Origin: Minisyncoccota bacterium
Lineage (GTDB): Bacteria; Patescibacteriota; Minisyncoccia; Phycocordibacterales; JABAAK01
NCBI GenBank assembly: GCA_958295675.1
Contig: OY282360.1
Coordinates: 195,580 to 259,579 of the forward strand
Direction of reading: 5' to 3'
DNA: 64,000 nucleotides
Shown: positions 20,068 to 29,867 of the stretch, piece by piece
How the letters are laid out: each line of letters starts with the position of its first letter
Position numbering within the stretch: position 1 is the stretch's first letter
Notes under the pieces: model-generated
Databases searched by the model: none
Seen by the model: the letters and a program-made list of their open reading frames with translations, nothing else
Told to the model about the DNA's origin: nothing
Translations under genes and position numbers: made by a program

Positions 20068-22365
20068 TTGGTATGTATGTTCATTGAAGGAAGAAAAACA
20101 GACACTAATTCAGAATTGCACAGCGGTTTCACATTGATTGAACTACTGGTCGCCATCGCGCTTACCGGTATTATTATGTCGGCACTGCTGACGGTGTTCT
20201 TTTCCTTCATTCAGTCCCAGGCGACATCGCAAGATCGCAGTGATGCGCTTGAATCGGTCCGTTTTATGCTCTCTGACATCGCCCGTGAGGTATCATTCGG
20301 AAGCAATTATCGCTGTCCGGGCAGTGCCGCAACCTGCGCCTGTCTTATCTTCACCGACCAGCTGAACAGACGGGTAAAAATACAGCGCGCCGCCAATGGC
20401 GTGGTTGAAAAAAGTGTGAAACTATACGACAGTGCTCCGAATGACTGCTCTTCCGGCAATTGGGCACCGCTTACCGACACATCCACGAATATAACCGCGC
20501 TCTCGTTTGAAATTGAAACCGATAGTAACAAACAGCCGCGGGTGAAGATATCGGCTGATGCGGAATACGATTATGACGGCACCCAGCAGACCTTCTCAGT
20601 GAAAACGCAGATAACGAAACGCATCCTTGAGCCGTCCCAAAATGTCGCGAGTACATTTCGCATCGGATCCGAAAGCAATATCGCTGACGATTCCGTCAAT
20701 TTTGCCGTCTTCACAGAGCGTAGCAGCAGCGACAGCACCGTAGTGTGTAAGACCGGGGATGGTTTTGAGCTGGGAGGCGCAGCAGCAAGTGCTTGTGAGA
20801 GGAAACAATCGCCTGTCGCCGCGGAATTCACCACAAAAGGATTGTATGTGCTGACGGACAGTCGACTCATCTTCTTCATTCCGCAGGCGGATATTGACAG
20901 CGCGCTGCAGGCAAGCGGCGCGACAACCGATTCCGGCACTGCGGTCTACAGGAAATTCGGCACAACTTCCGGTGGTGAAACCATACAAAAGAAGCCGAGC
21001 CGGGTTGTCGGATACAGAGGATGCAAAATTTGCAATGACAATCCGAACAATATCACATCACTGCATCAGGGAGAACGGTACCTTTATGCGCGCGGCTTCA
21101 ACGGCTCGGTGTATCAGGTATGGGACGGTGCTTCAGCGACAATATACGCCACGCGTCGTGTTACGGGCGGCGTGATCAGAAACACCATGAGCCATATCAG
21201 CACACTATCGCAACCTGACGGGCACCACCGTCTTTTCACGCTATTCAGGGATGCGGACGGCATCAACAAACTGCGGTTGTATACAATACATAGCAGTGAT
21301 TTTGGCAAGAGTTATCTGACCAACAGGGACATACTCAGCGATAGCGACAGCACCGCACAGCCATGCGAAGAATTTGTAGGTATACCAAATTCTGGAAGCG
21401 CGCGTTGCAGACAGCTATGGCCTGATGACAGCGACAGCACCAATGTGGCACCGGCGAACCTCAAAACAGCACTGAGCAGCATATCGTTAGCAAGTATTGA
21501 TCGGCTGCAGGTACTCAATATCAGCAACACTAATATAGCACCAACAGACAGTATTCATATATGGTATTTCTCCGGCGGGAAAAAACATCTGCTTTCTTTT
21601 AAAGGAGATCGTCCGACTGGTCAGACAGAATATAAACTGCAGAACAGAGCGTCCCAGAGCGGTGCGAATCATCCGGACACGCTGCTCGCGTCCGGCGGTC
21701 CGTTTTCATACAGCAACGGACTCAATACATATACTTTTGTATGCGATAGTGCCGGCGCGCTGTGCAATATTGATCCCTTCACCCTCCCGTCAACCGCCCC
21801 ATCCGCGAGTGTGGGAGCAAATAACAAGATAGCACTGCCGTCAGGCATACGGTTTTTGGACAGCGGCAGAGACACAACCCCGCACCTGCATTTTAACGGC
21901 TATCCGATTGGTGTGGACAACAAGGGGCGTTTGATATATTTCAAAAATACATTCAACAGTACGAGATTTTCGGACAACAATGCGTACTTCACCGCACCTG
22001 TTTACAATACAACAGCAAAACGGGTATTATGCGATGCGCTGCCATATAAAAATGATCCGACAGATTCCGAGCGCACACGACAGGTAGCGTTTGAATATAT
22101 TTCTAAAAAGCATCCGTCAAGAGATATTGTCGCGCTTGTCGGTGCCGTGGTGCGCGACAATACCACGATGCACGAGGTATTTCTTTTAGTACCGACTGAC
22201 AAGACAGCCAGGGTACAATTCGGTCAGGAGGATACTACCGTATGTGGCAGAACCGGATCGGAGGAGTATGTTGAGCGGTTCCACCTTGACGCGCCGACCG
22301 GTGAATCAGGTCTCGCATTTGATCTCATTCGTTTGCGGGGATTTGAATTTAAAGACACAAAGTAG
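20068..22365 (+). CDS. giant pilin-like protein (765 aa; pilin N-terminus fused to a large, possibly adhesin/PilY1-like domain)
   Basis: SGFTLIELLVAIALTGIIMSALLTVFFSF class III signal followed by ~700 aa of Cys-containing beta-rich sequence. Confidence 0.65.
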   Translation: MVCMFIEGRKTDTNSELHSGFTLIELLVAIALTGIIMSALLTVFFSFIQSQATSQDRSDALESVRFMLSDIAREVSFGSNYRCPGSAATCACLIFTDQLNRRVKIQRAANGVVEKSVKLYDSAPNDCSSGNWAPLTDTSTNITALSFEIETDSNKQPRVKISADAEYDYDGTQQTFSVKTQITKRILEPSQNVASTFRIGSESNIADDSVNFAVFTERSSSDSTVVCKTGDGFELGGAAASACERKQSPVAAEFTTKGLYVLTDSRLIFFIPQADIDSALQASGATTDSGTAVYRKFGTTSGGETIQKKPSRVVGYRGCKICNDNPNNITSLHQGERYLYARGFNGSVYQVWDGASATIYATRRVTGGVIRNTMSHISTLSQPDGHHRLFTLFRDADGINKLRLYTIHSSDFGKSYLTNRDILSDSDSTAQPCEEFVGIPNSGSARCRQLWPDDSDSTNVAPANLKTALSSISLASIDRLQVLNISNTNIAPTDSIHIWYFSGGKKHLLSFKGDRPTGQTEYKLQNRASQSGANHPDTLLASGGPFSYSNGLNTYTFVCDSAGALCNIDPFTLPSTAPSASVGANNKIALPSGIRFLDSGRDTTPHLHFNGYPIGVDNKGRLIYFKNTFNSTRFSDNNAYFTAPVYNTTAKRVLCDALPYKNDPTDSERTRQVAFEYISKKHPSRDIVALVGAVVRDNTTMHEVFLLVPTDKTARVQFGQEDTTVCGRTGSEEYVERFHLDAPTGESGLAFDLIRLRGFEFKDTK

Positions 22366-22374
22366 CACTCAAAG

Positions 22375-23247
22375 ATGCTGCATGTCCGCCTAAAAATACG
22401 GTATCATACATCGTATATGATATATGAACCGTTCATAGTACAACCCGTGACGGCTGCTGTGACTGTTGCGGTATTGTTTCTGTTCGGTGCTGTTATCGGC
22501 AGTTTTATTGATGTCGTCCGTGTGCGTGAGTCATGGAAATCATCACTCAAGGGCAGATCACACTGCACTAATTGCGGGAGTACGCTGACATGGCAGATGC
22601 TGGTGCCGATAGTGTCATACATATATCTCAGGGGTAAGTGCGCTTCCTGCAAATATCCGATCCCATCTCATCATCTGTTGTCCGAAATGTTGATGGGATT
22701 GGCATTCGCATCTTCTTTTTTCTTCGCGGACTCACTGTATATAGCCGGTATCGGTATTGTTTCGGCAGTTTTTTTGGTGCCGATAGTGATCTCTGATATA
22801 GAGAAAATGGAAGTGCCGGAATATTTTTCCGTGCCATTCGCGTATATCTCACTTGGTGTCGCTATCGTCATAACGCTGCAGACAGGAAGCATTGTGCCCG
22901 TACTCGGCGGCGTGCTGCTTGCCGTTCCATTTTTCCTGATGTGGCTGTGTTCGTCCGGCAGAGCAATGGGACTCGGTGACGCAAAAGTCGCGGTATCGCT
23001 CGGTTTCCTGTTGCCGGTATGGCACGCGGCGATTTCTGTTTTTGTGTTCACTTTCTGGATAAGCACGCTCGGTCTTCTGTGCTATGTGCTGTACATGAAA
23101 ACACGAGTGCGGTCATTCCGCCTGAAACGGAACACTCGCATGCCATTGGTACCAGGTATGGTCGTGGCGTACGCTGTCGTACTCTTCAGCGATGTGTCAT
23201 TCTTCAACATTGTCTCCTGGGGAGAGCAGGCGTTTATCAGCGTATAG
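22375..23247 (+). CDS. pilD: prepilin peptidase PilD (A24 family)
   Basis: Zn-binding CTNCGS...CASCKYPI pair. Catalytic GLGDAKV. Polytopic membrane topology. Confidence 0.8.
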   Translation: MLHVRLKIRYHTSYMIYEPFIVQPVTAAVTVAVLFLFGAVIGSFIDVVRVRESWKSSLKGRSHCTNCGSTLTWQMLVPIVSYIYLRGKCASCKYPIPSHHLLSEMLMGLAFASSFFFADSLYIAGIGIVSAVFLVPIVISDIEKMEVPEYFSVPFAYISLGVAIVITLQTGSIVPVLGGVLLAVPFFLMWLCSSGRAMGLGDAKVAVSLGFLLPVWHAAISVFVFTFWISTLGLLCYVLYMKTRVRSFRLKRNTRMPLVPGMVVAYAVVLFSDVSFFNIVSWGEQAFISV

Positions 23248-23282
23248 ATTAGAAGACGGGTGTGTGCTACACTGGCGCTGTT

Positions 23283-23357
23283 GCAGCGGTAGCTCAGCCC
23301 GGTTAGAGCGCCTGCCTGTCACGCAGGAGGTCGCGGGTTCAACTCCCGTCCGCTGCG
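23283..23357 (+). tRNA. tRNA-Asp (anticodon GTC)
   Basis: Acceptor GCAGCGG/CCGCTGC, anticodon loop CTGTCAC, T-arm GCGGG-TTCAACT-CCCGT, discriminator G. Confidence 0.75.
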
Positions 23358-23401
23358 CTGCTATACAATCTACACATTGATGCACGCTGAAGACAGTCCG
23401 G

Positions 23402-23845
23402 CTATCTGCCGTACAGACCCATGTAGTCCGCCTGTCCGATACTGTGACCTTCTATTGTGTCCATGAACTGCTTGGTGTCGGGCGGCGCGGAAAAATCAAA
23501 CATAGTGTCAAGCGCGTAGAGTGTGAATATATACCGATGCGCTCGCGCGCCGCGAGGAGGGCAGGGGCCGCCATATCCCGTATTGCCCCAACTGTTCACG
23601 CCGCTTGCGCACGAAGCAATGACACCGGCATCCAAGCGATCAGTGTCCGCGGGTATGTTGTACGCGACACAATGATTCCACACCCCGCCGTTTGACGCAT
23701 CCGGATCATCAATAATGAGTGCGAGAGAAACAGTTTTTTCCGGAACATCAGAAATGGTGAGAGTCGGCATGCAATCCTCGCCGTCGCAGGTATATTCCCG
23801 CGGTATCATGCCGCCGTTTTTGAACATGTCGCAACGCATATCCAT
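23402..23845 (-). CDS. YbhB/YbcL family PEBP (Raf-kinase-inhibitor-like) protein
   Basis: PEBP hallmarks: DPDAxxG (IIDDPDASNGGVWNHC) and HRY motif (AHRYIFTLYALD). Start likely MDMRCDM. Confidence 0.7.
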   Translation of the reverse strand: MDMRCDMFKNGGMIPREYTCDGEDCMPTLTISDVPEKTVSLALIIDDPDASNGGVWNHCVAYNIPADTDRLDAGVIASCASGVNSWGNTGYGGPCPPRGARAHRYIFTLYALDTMFDFSAPPDTKQFMDTIEGHSIGQADYMGLYGR

Positions 23846-23903
23846 ATATCCCAGTATACACTCTCCTTGCAAAACAAGCATTTTTTCGTTATAGTTAGTA
23901 CTG

Positions 23904-24461
23904 ATGACAGAAAAGGATAAAAATGAAGCAGAGGAGGAAATAATCGTTTCTGATCATGACGATGAGACCGCGAATGCTACGCTGCGCAAGGTGAAAAAAG
24001 CGCTTAAAGAGTGCGAAAAGGAAAAGAAAGAGTACTTAGACGGCTGGAAACGGGCAAAGGCGGACGCGATTAACGACAGGAAACGACAGCAGAAACTTCT
24101 GGAAACCGAACAAAGAAACGCGCTCGCGCGATATGCATCGGCAATGTTGCCGGTGCTTGATTCCGTCCGCAATGCCATGAATGAATCATCCGGAGCGGCA
24201 TTGCAATCCGGCATAGAGCGGATACATACACAGTGTGTGCAATCCCTCACGAGTATCGGTGTAGAGATTATAGATCCGCTCGGCGAACCGTTTGACCCGC
24301 ACCGCCATGAGGCGGCTGGCGAACGGTCGGTATCAAGTGAAAAACAGAAAGACACAGTCGTTGAGGTTGTCCGCGTCGGCGCGGTAGGCGGAAATACGAT
24401 CATACGACCGGCAATGGTGTATGTGGGATCATACAATCCGGAGGAAGACCTTGAAAAATGA
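23904..24461 (+). CDS. grpE: nucleotide exchange factor GrpE
   Basis: Coiled-coil N-terminus with KKEYLDGWKRAKADAINDRKRQ, and a beta-domain C-terminus. Sits upstream of dnaK. Confidence 0.85.
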   Translation: MTEKDKNEAEEEIIVSDHDDETANATLRKVKKALKECEKEKKEYLDGWKRAKADAINDRKRQQKLLETEQRNALARYASAMLPVLDSVRNAMNESSGAALQSGIERIHTQCVQSLTSIGVEIIDPLGEPFDPHRHEAAGERSVSSEKQKDTVVEVVRVGAVGGNTIIRPAMVYVGSYNPEEDLEK

Positions 24462-24582
24462 TGAGTAAATGTTTATTATTACTTTTATCAGCAGCAGACA
24501 ATGACAGAAGGATCAGTATGATACGAGATGAGGTGATAATATTATTTTTACTATTTTTTAATTTGAAACACACAAAAAACAT

Positions 24583-26496
24583 ATGAGCAAAATAATAGGT
24601 ATAGATTTAGGAACAACAAACTCAGCTGTCGCGGTGATGGAATCATCCGCGCCTGAAATTATTGAAAACGCTGAGGGAGCGCGTACCACACCGTCCGTGA
24701 TAGCAATATCAAAAACAAAAGATCGTTTGGTCGGTGTTGCCGCGCGGCGACAGGCGGTTACTAATCCCACCAACACGGTCTACGGCATCAAACGCTTTAT
24801 CGGACATACTTTTGACGATTCCGCGGTGCAGGAGGATATAAAAAACGCGCCGTTTTCGGTTTCAAAAGCACCGAACGGCGGTGTGCTGGTAAAACTGGAC
24901 GACAAAGATTACAGTCCGGAAGAGATATCCGCGATGCTGCTCCGCAAGTTGAAAGATGACGCGGAGATGCGGCTCGGCACTGAAATAAAGGAAGCGGTAG
25001 TAACCGTGCCGGCGTACTTCAATGATGCGCAGCGAAAAGCGACGAAGGATGCGGGAAAGATAGCAGGACTTGAGGTGAAACGCATTATCAACGAGCCGAC
25101 TGCAGCGGCACTCGCGTACGGTTTTGATAAGAAGAAGAACGAAAAGGTGGTCGTGTTTGACTTCGGCGGCGGTACATTTGATGTGTCCATTCTGCAGGTC
25201 AGCGATGATGTTGTGGAGGTAAAGTCAACAGGCGGCGATTCACATCTCGGCGGCAGGGATATAGACAGAAAATTGCTTGAGCATATTATTGCGGAGTATA
25301 AAAAGGAGAGCGGTGTTGATTTGTCCGGCGATTCGCTTGCGGTGCAGCGGCTTGACGAGGAAGTGGAACGCGCGAAGAAAGAACTGTCTCAGGCGCAGGA
25401 AACGGAGGTAAATATTCCGTTTATCACTTCAACTTCCGCCGGTCCGCAGCACCTGCTGATGAAGATTACCCGGGCAAAACTTGAGGATTTAGCGAAACCG
25501 TATATAGATAAGGCATTGAATATCACCAAACAAGTGCTGGATGACGCGTCTTCCACGGTTACCGATATCAATGAAGTGATTCTCGTCGGCGGTCAAACGC
25601 GCATGCCCGCGGTTATACAGGCGGTGGAAGAATTATTCGGCAAACAGCCTAACCGCTCAATCAACCCGGACGAAGTGGTCGCGCTCGGAGCGGCGATTCA
25701 GGGCGGCATCCTCAGCGGCGATGTACGGGATGTTCTGCTTCTGGATGTGACTCCTCTGTCGCTCGGCATTGAAACACTCGGCGGTGTCGCGACCAAACTG
25801 GTTGAAAAAAATACAACACTGCCGACCAGTGCGTCACAGGTATTTTCCACAGCGGCAGATAATCAGACCTCAGTTGAAATTCATGTCGTGCAGGGTGAGC
25901 GGTCCATGGTTGTTGATAATAAAAGCTTGGGACGGTTTATCCTTGACGGAATAGAGACATCACCGCGCGGCGCGCCGCAGATTGAGGTTGAATTTGATCT
26001 GGACACGGACGGCATTCTGAATGTGACTGCAAAAGATAAAAAGACGAACAAGACACAATCAATCCGCATTGAAGCGAGTTCCGGTCTGTCAGATGACGAT
26101 ATAGCGAAAATGCAGCACGATGCCGAAACGCACGCCGGTGAAGATACAAAGAAAAAGGAACTTGCAGAAACGCGCAATATCGCCGAACAAGCGGTATACG
26201 AAGGGGAGAAAATAGCAAAACAGGACGGTTTATCCGCGGAAGCGAAAAAAGAAGTTGAGGATGCGCTCGCGAAACTGCGTACCGAGAAAGATAAAGACGA
26301 TAAGGATGCCGTGCAGGCGGCAATTACCGAAGCGTCGCAGGTATTCGCGAAACACCGCAATGCCGGAACACAAGACGCGGCACAGGATACCGCGCAACAG
26401 GATGAAAACACGAAAACCGGCGGAACGGAAGATGCTGAAAAAAATGAAGATACACAGGACGGAAACGCATCACAGGACGATGGCAAGGGGAAGTAG
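24583..26496 (+). CDS. dnaK: molecular chaperone DnaK (Hsp70)
   Basis: [37 protein letters not shown]. 637 aa. Confidence 0.95.
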   Translation: MSKIIGIDLGTTNSAVAVMESSAPEIIENAEGARTTPSVIAISKTKDRLVGVAARRQAVTNPTNTVYGIKRFIGHTFDDSAVQEDIKNAPFSVSKAPNGGVLVKLDDKDYSPEEISAMLLRKLKDDAEMRLGTEIKEAVVTVPAYFNDAQRKATKDAGKIAGLEVKRIINEPTAAALAYGFDKKKNEKVVVFDFGGGTFDVSILQVSDDVVEVKSTGGDSHLGGRDIDRKLLEHIIAEYKKESGVDLSGDSLAVQRLDEEVERAKKELSQAQETEVNIPFITSTSAGPQHLLMKITRAKLEDLAKPYIDKALNITKQVLDDASSTVTDINEVILVGGQTRMPAVIQAVEELFGKQPNRSINPDEVVALGAAIQGGILSGDVRDVLLLDVTPLSLGIETLGGVATKLVEKNTTLPTSASQVFSTAADNQTSVEIHVVQGERSMVVDNKSLGRFILDGIETSPRGAPQIEVEFDLDTDGILNVTAKDKKTNKTQSIRIEASSGLSDDDIAKMQHDAETHAGEDTKKKELAETRNIAEQAVYEGEKIAKQDGLSAEAKKEVEDALAKLRTEKDKDDKDAVQAAITEASQVFAKHRNAGTQDAAQDTAQQDENTKTGGTEDAEKNEDTQDGNASQDDGKGK

Positions 26497-26553
26497 CAAG
26501 GCGCAAGAGGATTGTTTTGTATTCCTGCGGCGCGGTATGATACCGATATACAT

Positions 26554-27411
26554 ATGAAGGATTACTACAGCATACTCGGTGTGGACAAAAACGCATCGCA
26601 GGAAGATATACAAAAGGCATTCCGCAAGTTAGCGCACAAGTACCATCCGGACAAGAAAGACGGCGATGTCAATAAGTTTAAGGAAGTGAACGAGGCCTAT
26701 CAGGTGCTGAGCAATCAGCAAAAGCGAGCGCAGTATGATGCCGGATTCGGCGGAGGATTCAGCGGCGACAATTTTAACGGTTTTGACGGATTTGATTTTT
26801 CAAATTTTGATATTAAATTTTCCGGCGGTGAGCACGCCGGAGGTAATTTTGCCGATATGATAAACTCTATATTCCGCGGTGCTATGAATCGCGGTGCGGA
26901 TGCACAGGTAGATATTATTATTTCATTTGAAGAATCTATATTCGGCGCGCAAAAAAAAATAAGAATTCCGTACCGAAGAAAGGCGGAGGAAACTATAGAG
27001 GTACAGATTCCTGCCGGCACGGAATCAGGCACCGCACTGCGGCTCTCCGGCAGAGGAGAACCTTCAAAAGACGGCAGGTCGCAGCCGGGTGATTTGTATA
27101 TACGGGTACGGGTGCAGGAAGACAATAACTTTCAGAGGCACGGCGGTGATATCGTGACTGTGCTGGAACTTATGCCGACAGAAGCATTGCTCGGCGCGAA
27201 AAAAGAGATTCGTGATGTGCGCGGTGAAAAACTTATCGTGGTAGTGCCGAAAATGAGCACTGACGGCACGACTATTGTTTTTTCAGATAAAGGAATACCC
27301 CGACCGGCGGGAACCGGACGGCTTGTGGTGCTGTGCAAAATTGTGTACCCGAAAAGTATGACCGGAAAAGTTCAAACATTACTTGAAAGTTTACAGAAGG
27401 AAGGGTGGTAA
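26554..27411 (+). CDS. dnaJ: J-domain co-chaperone (DnaJ/CbpA-like, lacks the zinc-finger domain)
   Basis: DYYSILGV...KYHPDK J-domain with G/F-rich linker. No CxxCxGxG repeats. Confidence 0.8.
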   Translation: MKDYYSILGVDKNASQEDIQKAFRKLAHKYHPDKKDGDVNKFKEVNEAYQVLSNQQKRAQYDAGFGGGFSGDNFNGFDGFDFSNFDIKFSGGEHAGGNFADMINSIFRGAMNRGADAQVDIIISFEESIFGAQKKIRIPYRRKAEETIEVQIPAGTESGTALRLSGRGEPSKDGRSQPGDLYIRVRVQEDNNFQRHGGDIVTVLELMPTEALLGAKKEIRDVRGEKLIVVVPKMSTDGTTIVFSDKGIPRPAGTGRLVVLCKIVYPKSMTGKVQTLLESLQKEGW

Positions 27412-27423
27412 TGCCGATTAGCG

Positions 27424-28200
27424 TTACCGCAACTCATATGTGATAGTCGCCGTTTGTATCAGTTTATTTTCACCTTGCTCTATGGGTGTTTTAGGCGCAG
27501 CACCTCCTACGGATCCTTCTGAAGCAGACAGCGCGTACTCAGAATACTGTTTATACCGGTATCCGCCACCCGAATGAATATTGACACCGACAATCCGTTT
27601 CAACTTTAAACCGCTTTGTTTTGCGATTCGTTTTGCCCGTTCCTTTGCGTTTTTTATGGCGAGAGCCGCTGCCTGTTCCTCCGCCTGTTCCTGCAGTTCA
27701 TCGTCAGGGGTGAACATCAAACTGCCGACACGGTGCGGTTTCAATGCTGAGATACTATCAAGGATATTTCCTACTTGATCTATATCCCGTATACGAACCG
27801 AGGAGGTGTGCGACACACGGTATCCGCGCAGTTCGCTCCTGCCGGATTTTCCGGGCGCAGGACGAATATAATCATACTCTGGATAAATAGTGAAACTTGT
27901 CGTAGTAATATCCCGTTTCTGAATACCGGATTGCTCCAAGTTCGCATACGCCTTTTCTGCCTGCCTGCTCACCATTTGCCGCGCTTTTGCAACATTTTTA
28001 TCTGTTTCTGAGAAAGTGAATGAGAAAGTCGCGACATCGTTTGTTATGACAACCTCGCCCGTTCCGGAAAACGAAACAGTCGCGGTTTGTTTAACCGAGT
28101 TACCGTACTGCACGATAGCCCATGCGCCAAACACCAAAAAAATAATAATTGCGATAAACAGCAACTGTAAAAGGAGTGTATTATTTTGTAGAAATTTCAT
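27424..28200 (-). CDS. SIMPL/DUF541 domain protein
   Basis: N-terminal TM and a SIMPL-like body (resembles the 26 kDa periplasmic immunogenic protein family). Start MKFLQNN at 28198-28200. Confidence 0.55.
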   Translation of the reverse strand: MKFLQNNTLLLQLLFIAIIIFLVFGAWAIVQYGNSVKQTATVSFSGTGEVVITNDVATFSFTFSETDKNVAKARQMVSRQAEKAYANLEQSGIQKRDITTTSFTIYPEYDYIRPAPGKSGRSELRGYRVSHTSSVRIRDIDQVGNILDSISALKPHRVGSLMFTPDDELQEQAEEQAAALAIKNAKERAKRIAKQSGLKLKRIVGVNIHSGGGYRYKQYSEYALSASEGSVGGAAPKTPIEQGENKLIQTATITYELR

Positions 28201-28275
28201 ATACATGTACCATAACATAGGTAGGTACAGTCCACAAACACATTCTCTCGTTCCGGGAATACACACTATGTATGC

Positions 28276-28785
28276 TTATCCGGCAGCGGAAAGGTCGGTA
28301 AAAATCGCATACCCCCGCCAGGCACGCGCGAACGCGTCAAATGCCACGCTTATATGTTCACCGCCGCCATCATAATCAGGATCGTCGGCGACAAATCCGT
28401 CCTGAGTAATGGCGACGAGCAGGGCTACATGCGTTGATGCCGCATCAGGTGTAAATCCTCTGAACACCGACACCATAACAGGATTACCTATTCTTACTTG
28501 TTCTTTTATTTTTTCAATGCCAATAGCGAGCAATGTCGTATCATCGGTCGGAGAAGTGAATTCTTGGGCATATGCGGGAATATTTCTGTTCGCGATAACG
28601 CGCGCGAGAACCGCATGCCGCCAGCCGACACCTTCTATGTAGCCATTCAAATTGAGTGCTTCTTTAACAAGAGCATCTGTTGAAAATTCCTTATTCGCGC
28701 GACTGAGTACCATGCCGACACAGGCAATGCCGCATCCTTTCTTTTCCCAGCCGGCAATATCCTTCTGATTGATATACATACTCAC
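28276..28785 (-). CDS. peptidase C39-like (papain-fold) domain protein
   Basis: Cys in GCGIACVGMVL, with downstream His/Asp (THVALLV...DDPDYDGG). Confidence 0.55.
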   Translation of the reverse strand: MSMYINQKDIAGWEKKGCGIACVGMVLSRANKEFSTDALVKEALNLNGYIEGVGWRHAVLARVIANRNIPAYAQEFTSPTDDTTLLAIGIEKIKEQVRIGNPVMVSVFRGFTPDAASTHVALLVAITQDGFVADDPDYDGGGEHISVAFDAFARAWRGYAIFTDLSAAG

Positions 28786-28867
28786 AGTGTATCAGGTGAT
28801 ACAGCAGCACAATCTTGCCACTGTCCCGCACCTGTTTAGCCGTATGTGATGTGTTTATAAAAAAGCG

Positions 28868-28896
28868 AAGGGGTGCGTAGTGATAACGCACCCCTT
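28868..28896 (-). terminator. palindromic terminator AAGGGGTGCGT..ACGCACCCCTT
   Basis: Hairpin followed on the - strand by CGCTTTTTTAT. A near-identical motif recurs at 29298-29320. Confidence 0.55.
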
Positions 28897-28917
28897 AAGA
28901 TCGCATGATGATAAAGG

Positions 28918-29190
28918 TCATGGTGTATGTCTCGCGAGCAATTCAACCGCGTGAGACAATCTCTCTGTCTTCTTGTCCTGATTTACGAACAGTACATCAT
29001 CCCCATGCTTTACCCATAGATCACGACAGACACTTAGCAGTGCTTCTTCCACACTGTTTTTCGGTTTACTGAGTGCGACCACCGTTTGCCCGCCTAAAAA
29101 TACAGTGATCCGGACAACTATGCCAGTTTCCTCAACACCGTGTAAAAATTCCGGCAATTCTGCCGAATCCATGTGTGTTTTTGTGGACAT
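28918..29190 (-). CDS. hypothetical protein
   Basis: 90-aa ORF with its own terminator. No recognised motif. Confidence 0.4.
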   Translation of the reverse strand: MSTKTHMDSAELPEFLHGVEETGIVVRITVFLGGQTVVALSKPKNSVEEALLSVCRDLWVKHGDDVLFVNQDKKTERLSHAVELLARHTP

Positions 29191-29291
29191 TTTTCAATAT
29201 CCCCTTAAAAAGTGAATCTAATGATATTATATAACTTTTATAAAAAAATAGCAAGATAACCCACAGGGTATCGTCTATAATGTATATATAT

Positions 29292-29322
29292 AAAAAAAAG
29301 GGGTGTATAACACCCCTTAAAG
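29292..29322 (-). terminator. palindromic terminator AAGGGGTGTATAACACCCCTT
   Basis: Hairpin plus A/T run. Same core as the 28868 copy. Confidence 0.55.
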
Positions 29323-29323
29323 T

Positions 29324-29677
29324 TCATGCCTTCCGCATCTTGTGGACAAAGGAAACCTTGCCACCCGGCACACTCTCCAGAATCCGTTCAATGGCTTTGC
29401 TGACCGGTTCTATTGAGTTATTCTCATGATTCCGGAATACAGCGTTTTCACCATGCCGATTGAACACATGACTGCACACAGCAAGGAGATACAACAACCC
29501 GCTCTGTTCCGCCCTCACCGAGTCATCATCAGGAAACGGTATGGTTACCTTAATCACCATGTCCTCATCCCCAATGCGGTACTCCATGCTCACCTTAACC
29601 ACACTGTCAAGGTACTCAAAACTTGCTTTCGGCAATCCTGCAAAAAGCAAATTTTCCTCCCCATCCGTTTCAGTCAT
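29324..29677 (-). CDS. hypothetical protein
   Basis: 117-aa ORF. No recognised motif. Confidence 0.4.
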   Translation of the reverse strand: MTETDGEENLLFAGLPKASFEYLDSVVKVSMEYRIGDEDMVIKVTIPFPDDDSVRAEQSGLLYLLAVCSHVFNRHGENAVFRNHENNSIEPVSKAIERILESVPGGKVSFVHKMRKA

Positions 29678-29867
29678 GACACAACCTCCTTGTCTAAAGT
29701 GTTATAGAACACCATACTCTATATTTTCGGAAAAAGCAAGATAATAATGGAGTTATGTTCATAAAAGAAAAATTATTATTACATGAAAAGTATCCTATAT
29801 CGGCGCACAAAAGACAGTATGACAATCAGATAGAGCATATGCTGCTGCATATGTCATACTATTACAT

